64,000 nt of DNA from NCBI GenBank assembly GCA_963816145.1, contig CAWFJP010000030.1, forward strand, positions 32,001-96,000, read 5' to 3'. This stretch comes from an uncultured delta proteobacterium. Its GTDB lineage: Bacteria; Desulfobacterota; Binatia; UBA9968. The notes below the pieces were generated by a model that saw only the letters and a program-made list of their open reading frames with translations, did no database searches and was not told the origin of the DNA. The translations under genes were made by a program, and so were the position numbers. Below are positions 20,156 through 29,536 of the stretch, in pieces. How positions within the stretch are numbered: the first letter of the stretch is position 1; the number at the start of each line of letters is the position of its first letter.

Positions 20156-21181
20156 ATGGCACGCGCCAAGAAACGTTTCAAAGTTCTCGTCCTGTTCGGC
20201 AGCGCCGGCACGCCGCCGGCCAATCAAGATTTTAGCAAAGAATTAAAAACCGAAGATTTCGCCGCCGAAGCTCATGTCATCGACGCGCTCAAAGAGCTCG
20301 ACCACGAAGTGCGCACGCTCGGCATATGGGACGAAGCGTCGTTGATCGTCGACGAGATCAAAGCCAACCCACCCGACGTGGTGTTCAATCTCACCGAGCA
20401 TTTCAACGAGATCTCCGCCTACGACCGCAACGTCGCCGGCCTGCTCGAAATGATGGCCGTGCCCTATACCGGATCGAGTCCGACCGGACTGACGCTGTGC
20501 AAGAACAAAGGCATGGCCAAGGAGCTGCTCGCCTATCACAAGATCCGCGTGCCCAATTTTGCAATCTACTCGCCGGGAGCGGCGATCAAGCGGCCGAGCC
20601 GTCTCAAGTTTCCACTGTTTATCAAACCCGCCGAAGATGAAGCGTCCTACGGCATCTCGCTCGACTCCTTCGTCGAGGACGATGCCGCCTTCGAGGATCG
20701 TATCCGCTTCATCCATGAGCGTATGAATCAACCGGCTTTGGCTGAAGAATATATCGACGGGCGGGAGATCTATGTCAGCCTGCTGGGCAACGACCGGTTG
20801 CGAGTCTTTCCATTTCGTGAAGTGATCTTCAACGCGATGCCCGAAGGCCAACCGAAGTTCTCCACCTTCAAATCCAAATGGGACGATGCCTATCGCAAGC
20901 GCAGGGGGATTCAGAACGTCTTCGCCGAACCGTTTCCCAACGGCACCGACCAACGCATCGCCAATATCTGCAAAGCCGTCTATCGCGCCCTGCGCATCCG
21001 CGGCTACGGCCGCATCGACTTGCGCGTAACGCCGGCGGATGAAATCGTCGTGCTCGAAGCCAACCCCAATCCCAATCTCGACCGTGCCGACGAGTTCGCC
21101 CAGTCGGCGATCAAAGCCGGCTTGAGTTTTCCCCGGCTCGTGCAAAGGATACTGACTTTGGCGCTGGAGTCGGCGCGCTGA
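20156..21181 (+). CDS. ATP-grasp ligase, D-Ala-D-Ala ligase-like
   Basis: PDVVFNL, VPYTGS, FPLFIKP, ASYGI, EEYIDGRE, GRIDLR, LEANPNP; starts 2 nt after the peptidase stop. Confidence 0.88.
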   Translation: MARAKKRFKVLVLFGSAGTPPANQDFSKELKTEDFAAEAHVIDALKELDHEVRTLGIWDEASLIVDEIKANPPDVVFNLTEHFNEISAYDRNVAGLLEMMAVPYTGSSPTGLTLCKNKGMAKELLAYHKIRVPNFAIYSPGAAIKRPSRLKFPLFIKPAEDEASYGISLDSFVEDDAAFEDRIRFIHERMNQPALAEEYIDGREIYVSLLGNDRLRVFPFREVIFNAMPEGQPKFSTFKSKWDDAYRKRRGIQNVFAEPFPNGTDQRIANICKAVYRALRIRGYGRIDLRVTPADEIVVLEANPNPNLDRADEFAQSAIKAGLSFPRLVQRILTLALESAR

Positions 21182-21242
21182 ATGGATGCCAGTTACCGCC
21201 AGATGGTTCCCGTCGTCACCGCAAAACATATGGCACGCTCGA

Positions 21243-21794
21243 TTACTTGCGGCCGATTTTTGCGAACTCCTCCAGGAATGTGCCGGCTTTGTAGTCGGGA
21301 TTGATTTTCGGCGCATCGCCCTTGTAGACGATGTTGAGTTCGCCCAGATACTCCTGGATCGGCAAGGGCTTGATGGCAAACACCATCGCCGGCTCATCGC
21401 CGGTCACGTGGTGCTGATGCCAGACGCCCTGGCCGATATAAAGCGTATCCCCCGGCTTCCAATCGATCCGTTCATCGTCCAGAATGCTATAACCCGTCCC
21501 GCGCAAGACGATGATGATCGCTTCGTTGTGCTTGTGCGTAACCGAATGGGAATGCGGCGGGTAGATGTGGCAGTCGACTTCGATGATGCGGTTCTCGAAA
21601 CCGAGTTCTTGGGAGACCAGCGGTCCCATCCACACACCGTTTTGGGCTTCCCACTCGACTTTGACGTCCTCGCCTTTGATCGCCTTGCGGCCGGCCTTGC
21701 GCCGCGCGATATCCGCCTTGACCCGCTCTGCGCGGGATTTGAACAATGAGCTTTTGCCCTCAAACCATTTTTCGTTTTCTTGATGATCGGCCAT
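21243..21794 (-). CDS. Cupin domain protein
   Basis: HKHNEAIIIVLRGTGYS...WKPGDTLYIGQGVWHQH. Confidence 0.88.
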   Translation of the reverse strand: MADHQENEKWFEGKSSLFKSRAERVKADIARRKAGRKAIKGEDVKVEWEAQNGVWMGPLVSQELGFENRIIEVDCHIYPPHSHSVTHKHNEAIIIVLRGTGYSILDDERIDWKPGDTLYIGQGVWHQHHVTGDEPAMVFAIKPLPIQEYLGELNIVYKGDAPKINPDYKAGTFLEEFAKIGRK

Positions 21795-22034
21795 GGCTTG
21801 ACACTTTCCCTTAAACGCGAGTTCCCTCGCTGCGCTCTGAAAACCGCGCCGGTCGCTACCTGATCAGGGAGGACAACCCATTTTCTTCACAACGGCAGGA
21901 TTCGTGCGCCGAACTCACTAGAACCGCGGCATCCGGCATCGAACCGCGTTACACAGCTTCGTTCCCGGCGGGGAGAAGGTTAGACAGTTTATTTGTCGAT
22001 CCCGGAGCGCGCCGTATCACGCCTGAATTTTGCA

Positions 22035-22069
22035 GCGATGCGGGCTGGTCTAGCCGCCGCCCGCATCGC
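22035..22069. terminator. GC-rich hairpin downstream of the small gene (terminator or stabiliser)
   Basis: gcgatgcgggc...gcccgcatcgc 11-bp stem; no strong U-tract. Confidence 0.45.
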
Positions 22070-22083
22070 GCCATTAAACCAGA

Positions 22084-22275
22084 TTAATTGAGCCACTCCT
22101 TGACGTTCCCCGCCATCACCTCGTCAAGAATCTCCTTGCAATCGGCGATCGCTTTGTCGACGATGGGAGGCTCTTTGACATGGGGAATGCCCTGTTTTAC
22201 CGCGCCGTAGAGCGCTTGTATGATAGTTTTTAGGTGCTCATCCATTTTGTCGAGATTAGCTACAGCTTGTGGCAT
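22084..22275 (-). CDS. Small (63 aa) helical hypothetical protein
   Basis: GGAGG RBS just after the stop of the PaaA-like gene; MPQAVANLDKMDEHLKTIIQALYGAVKQG... Confidence 0.7.
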   Translation of the reverse strand: MPQAVANLDKMDEHLKTIIQALYGAVKQGIPHVKEPPIVDKAIADCKEILDEVMAGNVKEWLN

Positions 22276-22290
22276 GGCTTCCTCCATTCA

Positions 22291-23007
22291 TTACATGTAA
22301 CGGCGCCCTTTGTTCGGGTCGGGGACCGTCAATCCCATTTGCGTGAGAATCGGCCCGACCTCATTCGTATAGTCTTGGCGCGCCTGCTCGTTCGAGCGCC
22401 GCTTCAGGCCCCAATAGCGGTAACGATCCGATTTCTTCGACCCGCTGCGACCGAACATATCGAGAGCTCTGACGTACCAGAAGTCGACGGCTCTTTGCGC
22501 TTTGGCCTTGCCTGCGTCGCCCGATTGAATCAATTCTAAAGTCTTATTGTAGCCATACTCGATGTGCCCGAGTTCCTCGGTGACGATGTCGGGAAGAATG
22601 CGCTGCAGAGGCAGGTAACTGCAATCGTAGAACTCTTCCAACTGATAGCGGCCGACGCGGTCAATCAGAAAACCAAATACCGAGTTATCTTCCCAAGTGG
22701 TGATCAAGCCGCGAAAAGTGTCGACAAAGCGCTTTTCATTGGGCTGGCTCAATACAAAAGAGACATCGACGCCGATCTCGCCGGCAACCCGCGCCACCTT
22801 GCGATAATGGTCGATCTCTTCGGCCGCGGTGCGCGCAACGATCAATTGATCGAGCTTGGTCGGCGCCGCCGGCAGCATCTTCTCAACGTACAGATGCGGC
22901 CCGCCGATCTCGCAATCCGCCTGGATCGTCAACACATGACCCAAGAGCTCTTTGTACTCCGGGTCCATCTTGTCAAAATCCTTCAATTCGATTTTGTCGG
23001 TGAACAT
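22291..23007 (-). CDS. PaaA/BoxB-like ferritin-fold diiron aryl-CoA epoxidase-type subunit
   Basis: QADCE, APT, EEIDH, TWED, FLIDR, CSYLPL, EELGH, AQRAVDFW, MFGRS, WGLKRRSN; GGAGGAG RBS. Confidence 0.85.
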   Translation of the reverse strand: MFTDKIELKDFDKMDPEYKELLGHVLTIQADCEIGGPHLYVEKMLPAAPTKLDQLIVARTAAEEIDHYRKVARVAGEIGVDVSFVLSQPNEKRFVDTFRGLITTWEDNSVFGFLIDRVGRYQLEEFYDCSYLPLQRILPDIVTEELGHIEYGYNKTLELIQSGDAGKAKAQRAVDFWYVRALDMFGRSGSKKSDRYRYWGLKRRSNEQARQDYTNEVGPILTQMGLTVPDPNKGRRYM

Positions 23008-23061
23008 GTTCTCCTCCCTCGAGATTCTTAAAATATTGATCAGAATGTCGAGAGAGGATTG

Positions 23062-23077
23062 AGCAAGACGAATGCCA
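23062..23077 (-). promoter_or_regulatory. sigma54 -24/-12 promoter
   Basis: Minus strand TGGCATTCGTCTTGCT (GG-N10-GC), about 55 nt upstream of the PaaA-like ATG. Confidence 0.7.
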
Positions 23078-23232
23078 GCGCGCCAATCGGCATTCACAGC
23101 GCAAGATCGGTAAAATAACCTAATCGATTCTTATTTTTTGGAGAATTAGCCCATTTCCTTTCGCACGGTTCGGAAAGGACTCCCCGCCTGGGAAATACAA
23201 TGGCGGGTGGAAGCTGCCCGCAGTTGGGACAC

Positions 23233-23266
23233 AAAAAAGGGCGGCCGTCATCGACGGCCGCCCTTT
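23233..23266 (-). terminator. Rho-independent terminator after the UbiD gene
   Basis: Perfect stem aaagggcggccgtc-atc-gacggccgccttt with a T6 tract on the minus strand. Confidence 0.85.
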
Positions 23267-23291
23267 GCATACTTCCGCTGAAGAATTCGCC

Positions 23292-24782
23292 TTATCCTTC
23301 GATAAGCTTTTTATACTTGTTGTAGATCTTCTCGCGCAACTCGGGTGACGACTCGGCAACCGGCGGGAAATCTTTGAGCCATTCGAATGGACGACAGGCA
23401 TCGATCACGGCGCGGGAGTTGAAGCCCTTCTTCGACGGATGGATGCGCGGATCGAGCGGACCGCTCCAGCAGCGGCGCAGGATCTCGATGGACTCGACTG
23501 GGTCCGAACGGCTGGCCAAAGCCCAGAGAACATCGAAGGTATTGGTTGGGTCAATATCCTCGTCGACCACGATCACATACCGGCCAAGATAGGCACCGGC
23601 ATGAACTTGAGAAGCGACCAACATCGCTTGACGGGCATGACCGGGATAGCGTTGCTTGATGGAAATGATGTTCAACAAGCGGCCGCCGCCGGCTTCGTGA
23701 CACCACACGCCGCGCACATCGGGCACTCCGGCTTTTTCAACCTGTTCCCAGATCAACGACGCCTTCACCATACATTTGGCGATCGAGTAGTCCGACGGCG
23801 GACGTCCGGGACGGGCGCAGCAGAGAATCGGATCGTTGCGGTAGTAAACGTTTTCGACTCGAATAACCGGCTCCGGACGGCTCGAACTGGCGTAATAACC
23901 GGTCCACTCGCCGAACGGACCTTCGGTCTTACGGTCAGTCGGGTCCATCCAACCTTCAATAACGATTTCCGCATTAGCGGCAAACGGCAATCCGGTGGAG
24001 CGACCTTCAATGACCTCGATAGGCGCGCCTTTGAGGCCACCGGCATAGTCGAACTCCGACACGCCGTAGTCGATTTCGTTACCCGAGACCATGAACAGCA
24101 CCGGATCTTGGCCGACGGAAACGACCACTGGACAGGGTTTGCCGCGCTCGAAATACTTGTTGCGCTGAATGCTGCCATGCTTGCCCGGCGAAATGTACAG
24201 GCCCATGCTCTTGCCGTCATGAACCATGCCGCGGTAGGCGCCGAAGTTGACCCAACCTTCGTCCGGGTCGCGGGTCGTCACTAAGCAAGCGGTGCCGATG
24301 AAGCGTCCGCCGTCGAGCTCATGCATGAACGGCACGGGGAACTTTAACAAGTCGACCTTGTCGCCCGAATCGACGTTTTCCAAAATCGGCCCCTTGGTGA
24401 CGACCTTGTGCTTGATCGGTTCGTGATTGACCAGCTTTTGGCGGAAGGCGCGCACCAAATCCAAGTTGGACAAGGTCATGTCCAAGCCTAAGTTGAGCGC
24501 CATTCTTTTAAACGACGCATTCTGAGCAAACAAGGTACGGAAACCTTTGGGGTAACCGGGCACGTTATCGAAAAGCACTGCCGGTGTCGCAGCTTCTTTG
24601 GACTCGCGGGCGAAGATTTCCGCGAGGGTACCCATCTCTAGATTCCAATCGACGCCGTCGACCTTTTTCAGTTCGCCCATGCTATCGACAATTTCCAACC
24701 AATCGCGCAGATCGGTGTACTTCGGGGTTTTCCCCGCTTTCATTTCATCTTCGGCTATTTTTCTCGCCTCTAGTGCGGTCAT
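23292..24782 (-). CDS. UbiD-family prFMN-dependent (de)carboxylase
   Basis: DLRDWL, PAVLFDNVPGY, DGGRFIGT, NFGAYR, EIVIEG, EGPFGEWTGYY, VIVVDEDID, LDP, IDACRP. Confidence 0.95.
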   Translation of the reverse strand: MTALEARKIAEDEMKAGKTPKYTDLRDWLEIVDSMGELKKVDGVDWNLEMGTLAEIFARESKEAATPAVLFDNVPGYPKGFRTLFAQNASFKRMALNLGLDMTLSNLDLVRAFRQKLVNHEPIKHKVVTKGPILENVDSGDKVDLLKFPVPFMHELDGGRFIGTACLVTTRDPDEGWVNFGAYRGMVHDGKSMGLYISPGKHGSIQRNKYFERGKPCPVVVSVGQDPVLFMVSGNEIDYGVSEFDYAGGLKGAPIEVIEGRSTGLPFAANAEIVIEGWMDPTDRKTEGPFGEWTGYYASSSRPEPVIRVENVYYRNDPILCCARPGRPPSDYSIAKCMVKASLIWEQVEKAGVPDVRGVWCHEAGGGRLLNIISIKQRYPGHARQAMLVASQVHAGAYLGRYVIVVDEDIDPTNTFDVLWALASRSDPVESIEILRRCWSGPLDPRIHPSKKGFNSRAVIDACRPFEWLKDFPPVAESSPELREKIYNKYKKLIEG

Positions 24783-24821
24783 GCAAATAACTCTCCTTTC
24801 AAATTCCAGGTTTGGGGCATT

Positions 24822-25970
24822 CTAGTCCCCCAACATCGATTCATCAACACCCTCTTTGTCATCCGCCGGCAAACCGTTGCAGCTCGCCGGATCGAGATGG
24901 AGGTAAACTTTTTCACCAACGCTCACGGCGTTGAAGGGATGGGTATGAACCGCCACGATATCGTCACCCACCGCGACTTTGCATTGATAGGAATCGCCCA
25001 TGAAGATCGCTTCGGTGATCGTTCCGTCAACGACGTTTTCCAATCCCTGCGGTTTGTTCTTATGCAGCGGGATATTTTCCGGGCGGATCGAGATCACCGC
25101 TGCTTGATCCTTCTTTAACCCCGGGGCCGGAATGAAACTCAAAATCCCCTTCTTAGTCTGCATCTTACCGGGGCGGGAGTCGCCGTCGACCTCAAGCACC
25201 TTGCCATTGATCAGGTTGGTCAAGCCAAGAAATGTCGCAGTAAAACGGCGCTTGGGCCGGGTATAGAGCTGATGCGGCGCGCCCACTTCGATCAGCACGC
25301 CGCCGTGCATGACGGCGATTTGGTCTGAGATCGCCAGCGCTTCAGCCTGATCGTGGGTGACGAAGATCGTCGTGATGTTGGTGCGCCGCTGCAGAGATTT
25401 AATTTCGGAACGCATCTGCACGCGCAGCTTGGCGTCCAGGTTACTCAAGGGCTCGTCCAAGAGCATGACCTTGGGCTCGTTGACCAAGGCGCGGGCAAAG
25501 GCGACGCGCTGTTGTTGGCCGCCCGAAAGTTTCGGCGCCGGGCGGTCTTCCAATCCGTCGAGTCCGACGATCTTCAATACATCGCCGACCCGCTTCTTGA
25601 TTTCATCCTTAGACTTACGCTGAATGGTCAATGGATAGGCGACATTCTCGGCCACGGTCATATGCGGCCAGATGGCGTAAGACTGGAACACCATGCCGAT
25701 GGGCCGTTTGTTGGTCGGCACGTAAACTCGCTCACCGGAGGCGTACACGGTCTGGCCGGCAATGCTGATCTTGCCGCCGTCCGGCCGTTCCAGGCCGGCA
25801 ACGCAGCGCAAAGTTGTGGTCTTGCCGCAACCGCTCGGGCCCAAAAACGTATAGAGGGAGCCCTCGGGTATGTTGAGCGACACGCCCTTGAGGACATGCA
25901 CTCTTTCATTGCCTTCGCCGAAGTATTTCTCTAGCGACTCGATCTGAACCATGTCTCTTATCTCAGCCAT
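24822..25970 (-). CDS. ABC ATPase, FbpC/PotA type with TOBE domain
   Basis: GPSGCGKTT, VFQSYAIWPHMTV, LSGGQQQR, LLDEPLSNLD. Confidence 0.95.
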   Translation of the reverse strand: MAEIRDMVQIESLEKYFGEGNERVHVLKGVSLNIPEGSLYTFLGPSGCGKTTTLRCVAGLERPDGGKISIAGQTVYASGERVYVPTNKRPIGMVFQSYAIWPHMTVAENVAYPLTIQRKSKDEIKKRVGDVLKIVGLDGLEDRPAPKLSGGQQQRVAFARALVNEPKVMLLDEPLSNLDAKLRVQMRSEIKSLQRRTNITTIFVTHDQAEALAISDQIAVMHGGVLIEVGAPHQLYTRPKRRFTATFLGLTNLINGKVLEVDGDSRPGKMQTKKGILSFIPAPGLKKDQAAVISIRPENIPLHKNKPQGLENVVDGTITEAIFMGDSYQCKVAVGDDIVAVHTHPFNAVSVGEKVYLHLDPASCNGLPADDKEGVDESMLGD

Positions 25971-26035
25971 CGTATTCCCCCTTGGCTCCGGTGACCGTCG
26001 ACCACACGGGAACCATCAATACTTTGTGAAATTGA

Positions 26036-27730
26036 TTATTCCGCGATACCGATCTTCGCCCCCAATTTGCGCGCAATCATAGCCATAAGCACCAGCAACA
26101 AAACCATCAGCACCCCGAGCGCGCAAACATAGGTGTATTGGCCGCCCTCCCATAAATCGAACGCCATGATCGACAACACCGTGCTGTTATACGAATAGAG
26201 TAAGATCGATGTCGACAGCTCGCGCAAGGCGATGATGCTGATATAGATCCAGCCCGCGGTGAAGCCAGGCATCAGCAGCGGCAGAATGATTTTCCAAAAC
26301 GTCTGGAACCAAGTGCCGCCGGCGGTGAGCGACGCTTCTTCCAATTCTTTGTTAATCTGAATCATCGAAGCCGACGCGGCGCGTATGCCATAGGGAATGT
26401 ATTTGGTCATGTACGCCAGCAGCAAGACCCAAATTGTTCCGTAAATCGGAATCGGCAGGGTTAAGTAAACCCAGATCAAGCTCACGCCCAGGACGATGCC
26501 CGGCATGGCGATCGGTATAAATGCCATGCTGTCGAGAAACGCCCGGCCGGGCAATTTGGTTTTCACGGTGATCCAGGCGATCACCGAGGTCAGCAACATC
26601 ACCAACGTCGCGGTACCGACGGAGAGATAAAAACTATTCTTGAACGCCGTCGCCGCCAACGGATAATTGAGAATATATTGATAGTTGCCCCAGGTCATTT
26701 TCTCCGCAAGTTCCCAGGATGGCACGCCATAATAAGGAATAAACGACGACCAGAGGAGGACGAATATCGGCAGGATGACCGCGAGTAAGAATATTAAGAA
26801 CGAGATGCCAAGCGTGAGCCACTTCCAATTGCCCAAATCGACCACGCGCGGACGATAACCTTTGCCGGTCACAGTCGCGTAGCGTTCTTCTTTACGCGTG
26901 ATCTTCCGGTAAACGAGCACGCCGACCGTGCTGATCGCCAACAAAGTCACGGCATAGGCACCGGCCAAGCCGAAGTCCGAAGGGAACTGATGAATCGCGA
27001 GAAAAATCTTGGTCGTGAAGACCGAGATCTTCGCCGGCACGCCAATCAACGCCGGCACCTCGAAGGCCTCGATCCCGCGAATGAAATTGATCAAGAGCAC
27101 GCTCACCATGGCGGGCCGCATGAGCGGCAGCGTCACCGTGCGAAAGGTCTGAAAGGTGCTCGAGCCTGCGGTCATGGCCGCCTCTTCGAGAGATGTATCC
27201 ATGTTACGGAAGGCCGCGGACATCAGCAGGAAAACCAACGGGTAAAGATGAATCGACTCGGCAAAGATCATGCCCCACATCGAATAGATATTGAACGGCG
27301 CCGCTTCCAGGCCCAACGCCCCCTTCACAACGATGTTGATCAGACCGATCTTCGGGCTCAGCAACAAAATCCATGAAATCGTGCTCAAGATCCCGGGGAT
27401 AATGAACGGGATCAACGACATGACCATGAATAGCTTCTTGAACGGCGTGTTGGTGCGCTCGCTCACCCAGGCGAGAAAGGTGCCGATCAGAAACGTCAGC
27501 GTGCAAGTGCCGATGGCGTAATAGACCGAATTGAGCAGGAGTAAATAAAACTCCTTGTCGGCATAAGCCTTGACGTAATTGGCGACGGTATAATGCGCGC
27601 CGGGCTCGCCGATGGGAGCGCTTCTGATGCTGCCATACAGCAGCATCAGAAGCGGGATCCCAGCAAGATATAAGACGAAAAGAGTGCAGCCTACGAGGAT
27701 GAGAGACTGGGAATTGAAACGATTCCCCAT
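26036..27730 (-). CDS. ABC permease, FbpB type (two EAA repeats)
   Basis: MDTSLEEAA and INKELEEAS loops, many TM segments. Confidence 0.93.
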   Translation of the reverse strand: MGNRFNSQSLILVGCTLFVLYLAGIPLLMLLYGSIRSAPIGEPGAHYTVANYVKAYADKEFYLLLLNSVYYAIGTCTLTFLIGTFLAWVSERTNTPFKKLFMVMSLIPFIIPGILSTISWILLLSPKIGLINIVVKGALGLEAAPFNIYSMWGMIFAESIHLYPLVFLLMSAAFRNMDTSLEEAAMTAGSSTFQTFRTVTLPLMRPAMVSVLLINFIRGIEAFEVPALIGVPAKISVFTTKIFLAIHQFPSDFGLAGAYAVTLLAISTVGVLVYRKITRKEERYATVTGKGYRPRVVDLGNWKWLTLGISFLIFLLAVILPIFVLLWSSFIPYYGVPSWELAEKMTWGNYQYILNYPLAATAFKNSFYLSVGTATLVMLLTSVIAWITVKTKLPGRAFLDSMAFIPIAMPGIVLGVSLIWVYLTLPIPIYGTIWVLLLAYMTKYIPYGIRAASASMIQINKELEEASLTAGGTWFQTFWKIILPLLMPGFTAGWIYISIIALRELSTSILLYSYNSTVLSIMAFDLWEGGQYTYVCALGVLMVLLLVLMAMIARKLGAKIGIAE

Positions 27731-27765
27731 ATGGAAGCCGATCTACGAACGAAGGCCATTAGCCG

Positions 27766-28581
27766 TTATTGATTGATGTTATGAACCACTTGATCGGCGA
27801 TCATCGTCTTCTTAACTTCTTCTTCGATGAGAGTCCAAAGCTCGTCTTCATACTTCAGGAACATGGGATCGCGTTTGATCGACAAATCGCGCGGCCGGGG
27901 GAGGGCGATCGGAATCATCTTCTTCACTCGCCCTGGACGCGAACCGAAAACGATAACTCGATCGGCCAAGTAGATCGCTTCATTGATTTGATGGGTAATA
28001 AAGAGCACGGTCTTGCCCGACTCTTTCCAGATGCGCAACAGCTCGGCCTGCATGATTTCCCGGGTTTGGGCGTCCAAGGCGGCGAAGGGCTCGTCCATGA
28101 TGAGAATCTTCGGATCCACAGTGAGCGCCCGGGCGAGATTGCAGCGCTGCTGCATGCCGCCGGAGAGTTCATGGGGGTAATGATCTTCGAATCCCTGCAA
28201 TCCGACCAGTTTAATAAAACCACGCGCCCGCTCGATCCCCTCGGCGTTATCCAATCCTTGGCATTCAAGGCCGAACAGGACGTTCTTCAAAACCGTGCGC
28301 CACGGCATCAAGCAAGAGTCCTGGAAGACCATGCCACGGTCGATGCCAGGGCCCGTAACCTTTTTGCCGTCGATCGAAATATGTCCGGCCGTCGGCTTGA
28401 GCAGACCGTCGCACAAGTTGATGAATGTAGTTTTGCCGCAGCCGCTAGGTCCGACGATGGTGACGAACTCGCCCTCATTAACTTCGAGGTTGACCTGGTC
28501 CAAGGCCAATAACCTGCCGCCGGTGCGCGGCTGATAATACTCATGCCGCAATCCTACTGCCTGTAGTTTTGTCTGTGCCAC
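27766..28581 (-). CDS. ABC ATPase, TauB/SsuB/NrtD type
   Basis: GPSGCGKTT, LMPWRTV, YPHELSGGMQQR, MDEPFAALDAQTR, ADRV. Confidence 0.95.
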   Translation of the reverse strand: MAQTKLQAVGLRHEYYQPRTGGRLLALDQVNLEVNEGEFVTIVGPSGCGKTTFINLCDGLLKPTAGHISIDGKKVTGPGIDRGMVFQDSCLMPWRTVLKNVLFGLECQGLDNAEGIERARGFIKLVGLQGFEDHYPHELSGGMQQRCNLARALTVDPKILIMDEPFAALDAQTREIMQAELLRIWKESGKTVLFITHQINEAIYLADRVIVFGSRPGRVKKMIPIALPRPRDLSIKRDPMFLKYEDELWTLIEEEVKKTMIADQVVHNINQ

Positions 28582-28715
28582 AATGCCTCCTAAAATATTT
28601 TGGCGTTTTGCCGCAATTCAACTCGTTGCAAGTTAACCGAAAGCGGGAATGGGCGCTTTGGTCGGATGACTCCTTATCATTTTCTACCGTTTATTCAAGC
28701 AGAAAGTTGACTACG

Positions 28716-28774
28716 TTGACAACCCTTACCGGATCGGATAGTTTCCGCAGCGTTGCATAAACTATTTTATGCAA
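28716..28774 (+). promoter_or_regulatory. sigma70-like promoter with downstream palindromic operator
   Basis: TTGACA-17-TAGTTT (28716-28744), then perfect inverted repeat TTGCATAAA-ctat-TTTATGCAA (28753-28774) just before the GntR ATG. Confidence 0.7.
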
Positions 28775-28784
28775 AGTCGATCCG

Positions 28785-29504
28785 ATGAATTTTCCACTCA
28801 AGAAATCAAAAACTAAAACGCACGCCGTCGAAAATCTCTCAGCTCGCGTTTACAACCAAATTAAACAGTTGATCCTGTGCAACGAAATCATGCCGGGACA
28901 AAAACTGCATCATCAACAACTCAGTGAACGTCTCGGCGTCAGTCGCACTCCGGTTCGTGAAGCGTTGACCCGACTCGTGCAGGAAGGTTACGTTTCCTTT
29001 CTGCCGAACCGCGGTTTTACCTGCAAAGAAATTAGATTACAAGAGGCGGAAGAGCTTTATGAACTGCGCGAATCGCTCGAAGCCTTCGCCGTTGAAAAGG
29101 CGGTCGAAAAACTGACCGACCAGGCCCTCGCCGAGCTGCGCCGAAGGATGGACTCCTACGGCCACGACGTGTACAACCGCTTCACCCGGGATCGTCTGGT
29201 CTACGACCAGGATGTTCATCTCCATATCGCACAAATCGCCGGCAACGAAACCCTGAAGAACACCTTGAGCCACGTCTTTGAGCGCATCGTGCTCAAGCGC
29301 CGAACCGACGGCATTTACGATCCGGCGCGCGGGGTCACGGCCCATCAAGAGCATGTCGAGTTATTGGGCGCGATGGCCCGGCGCGACGCTAAGGCCGCCG
29401 TCGCGCTCGTGCGCAATCATATCCAGGCCGGCAAGAAAAATGTCATTGCCGACCTGCGGCAACGCCAAGCAATCCGCGAGCTGCGGCCCGCGGACTTAAA
29501 CTAA
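28785..29504 (+). CDS. GntR-family regulator (FCD domain)
   Basis: LGVSRTPVREAL HTH, ELYELRESLE, EHVELL..M..RD. Confidence 0.95.
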   Translation: MNFPLKKSKTKTHAVENLSARVYNQIKQLILCNEIMPGQKLHHQQLSERLGVSRTPVREALTRLVQEGYVSFLPNRGFTCKEIRLQEAEELYELRESLEAFAVEKAVEKLTDQALAELRRRMDSYGHDVYNRFTRDRLVYDQDVHLHIAQIAGNETLKNTLSHVFERIVLKRRTDGIYDPARGVTAHQEHVELLGAMARRDAKAAVALVRNHIQAGKKNVIADLRQRQAIRELRPADLN

Positions 29505-29536
29505 GACCAGAAAAACAATCGAAGAAAGGGAGAATT

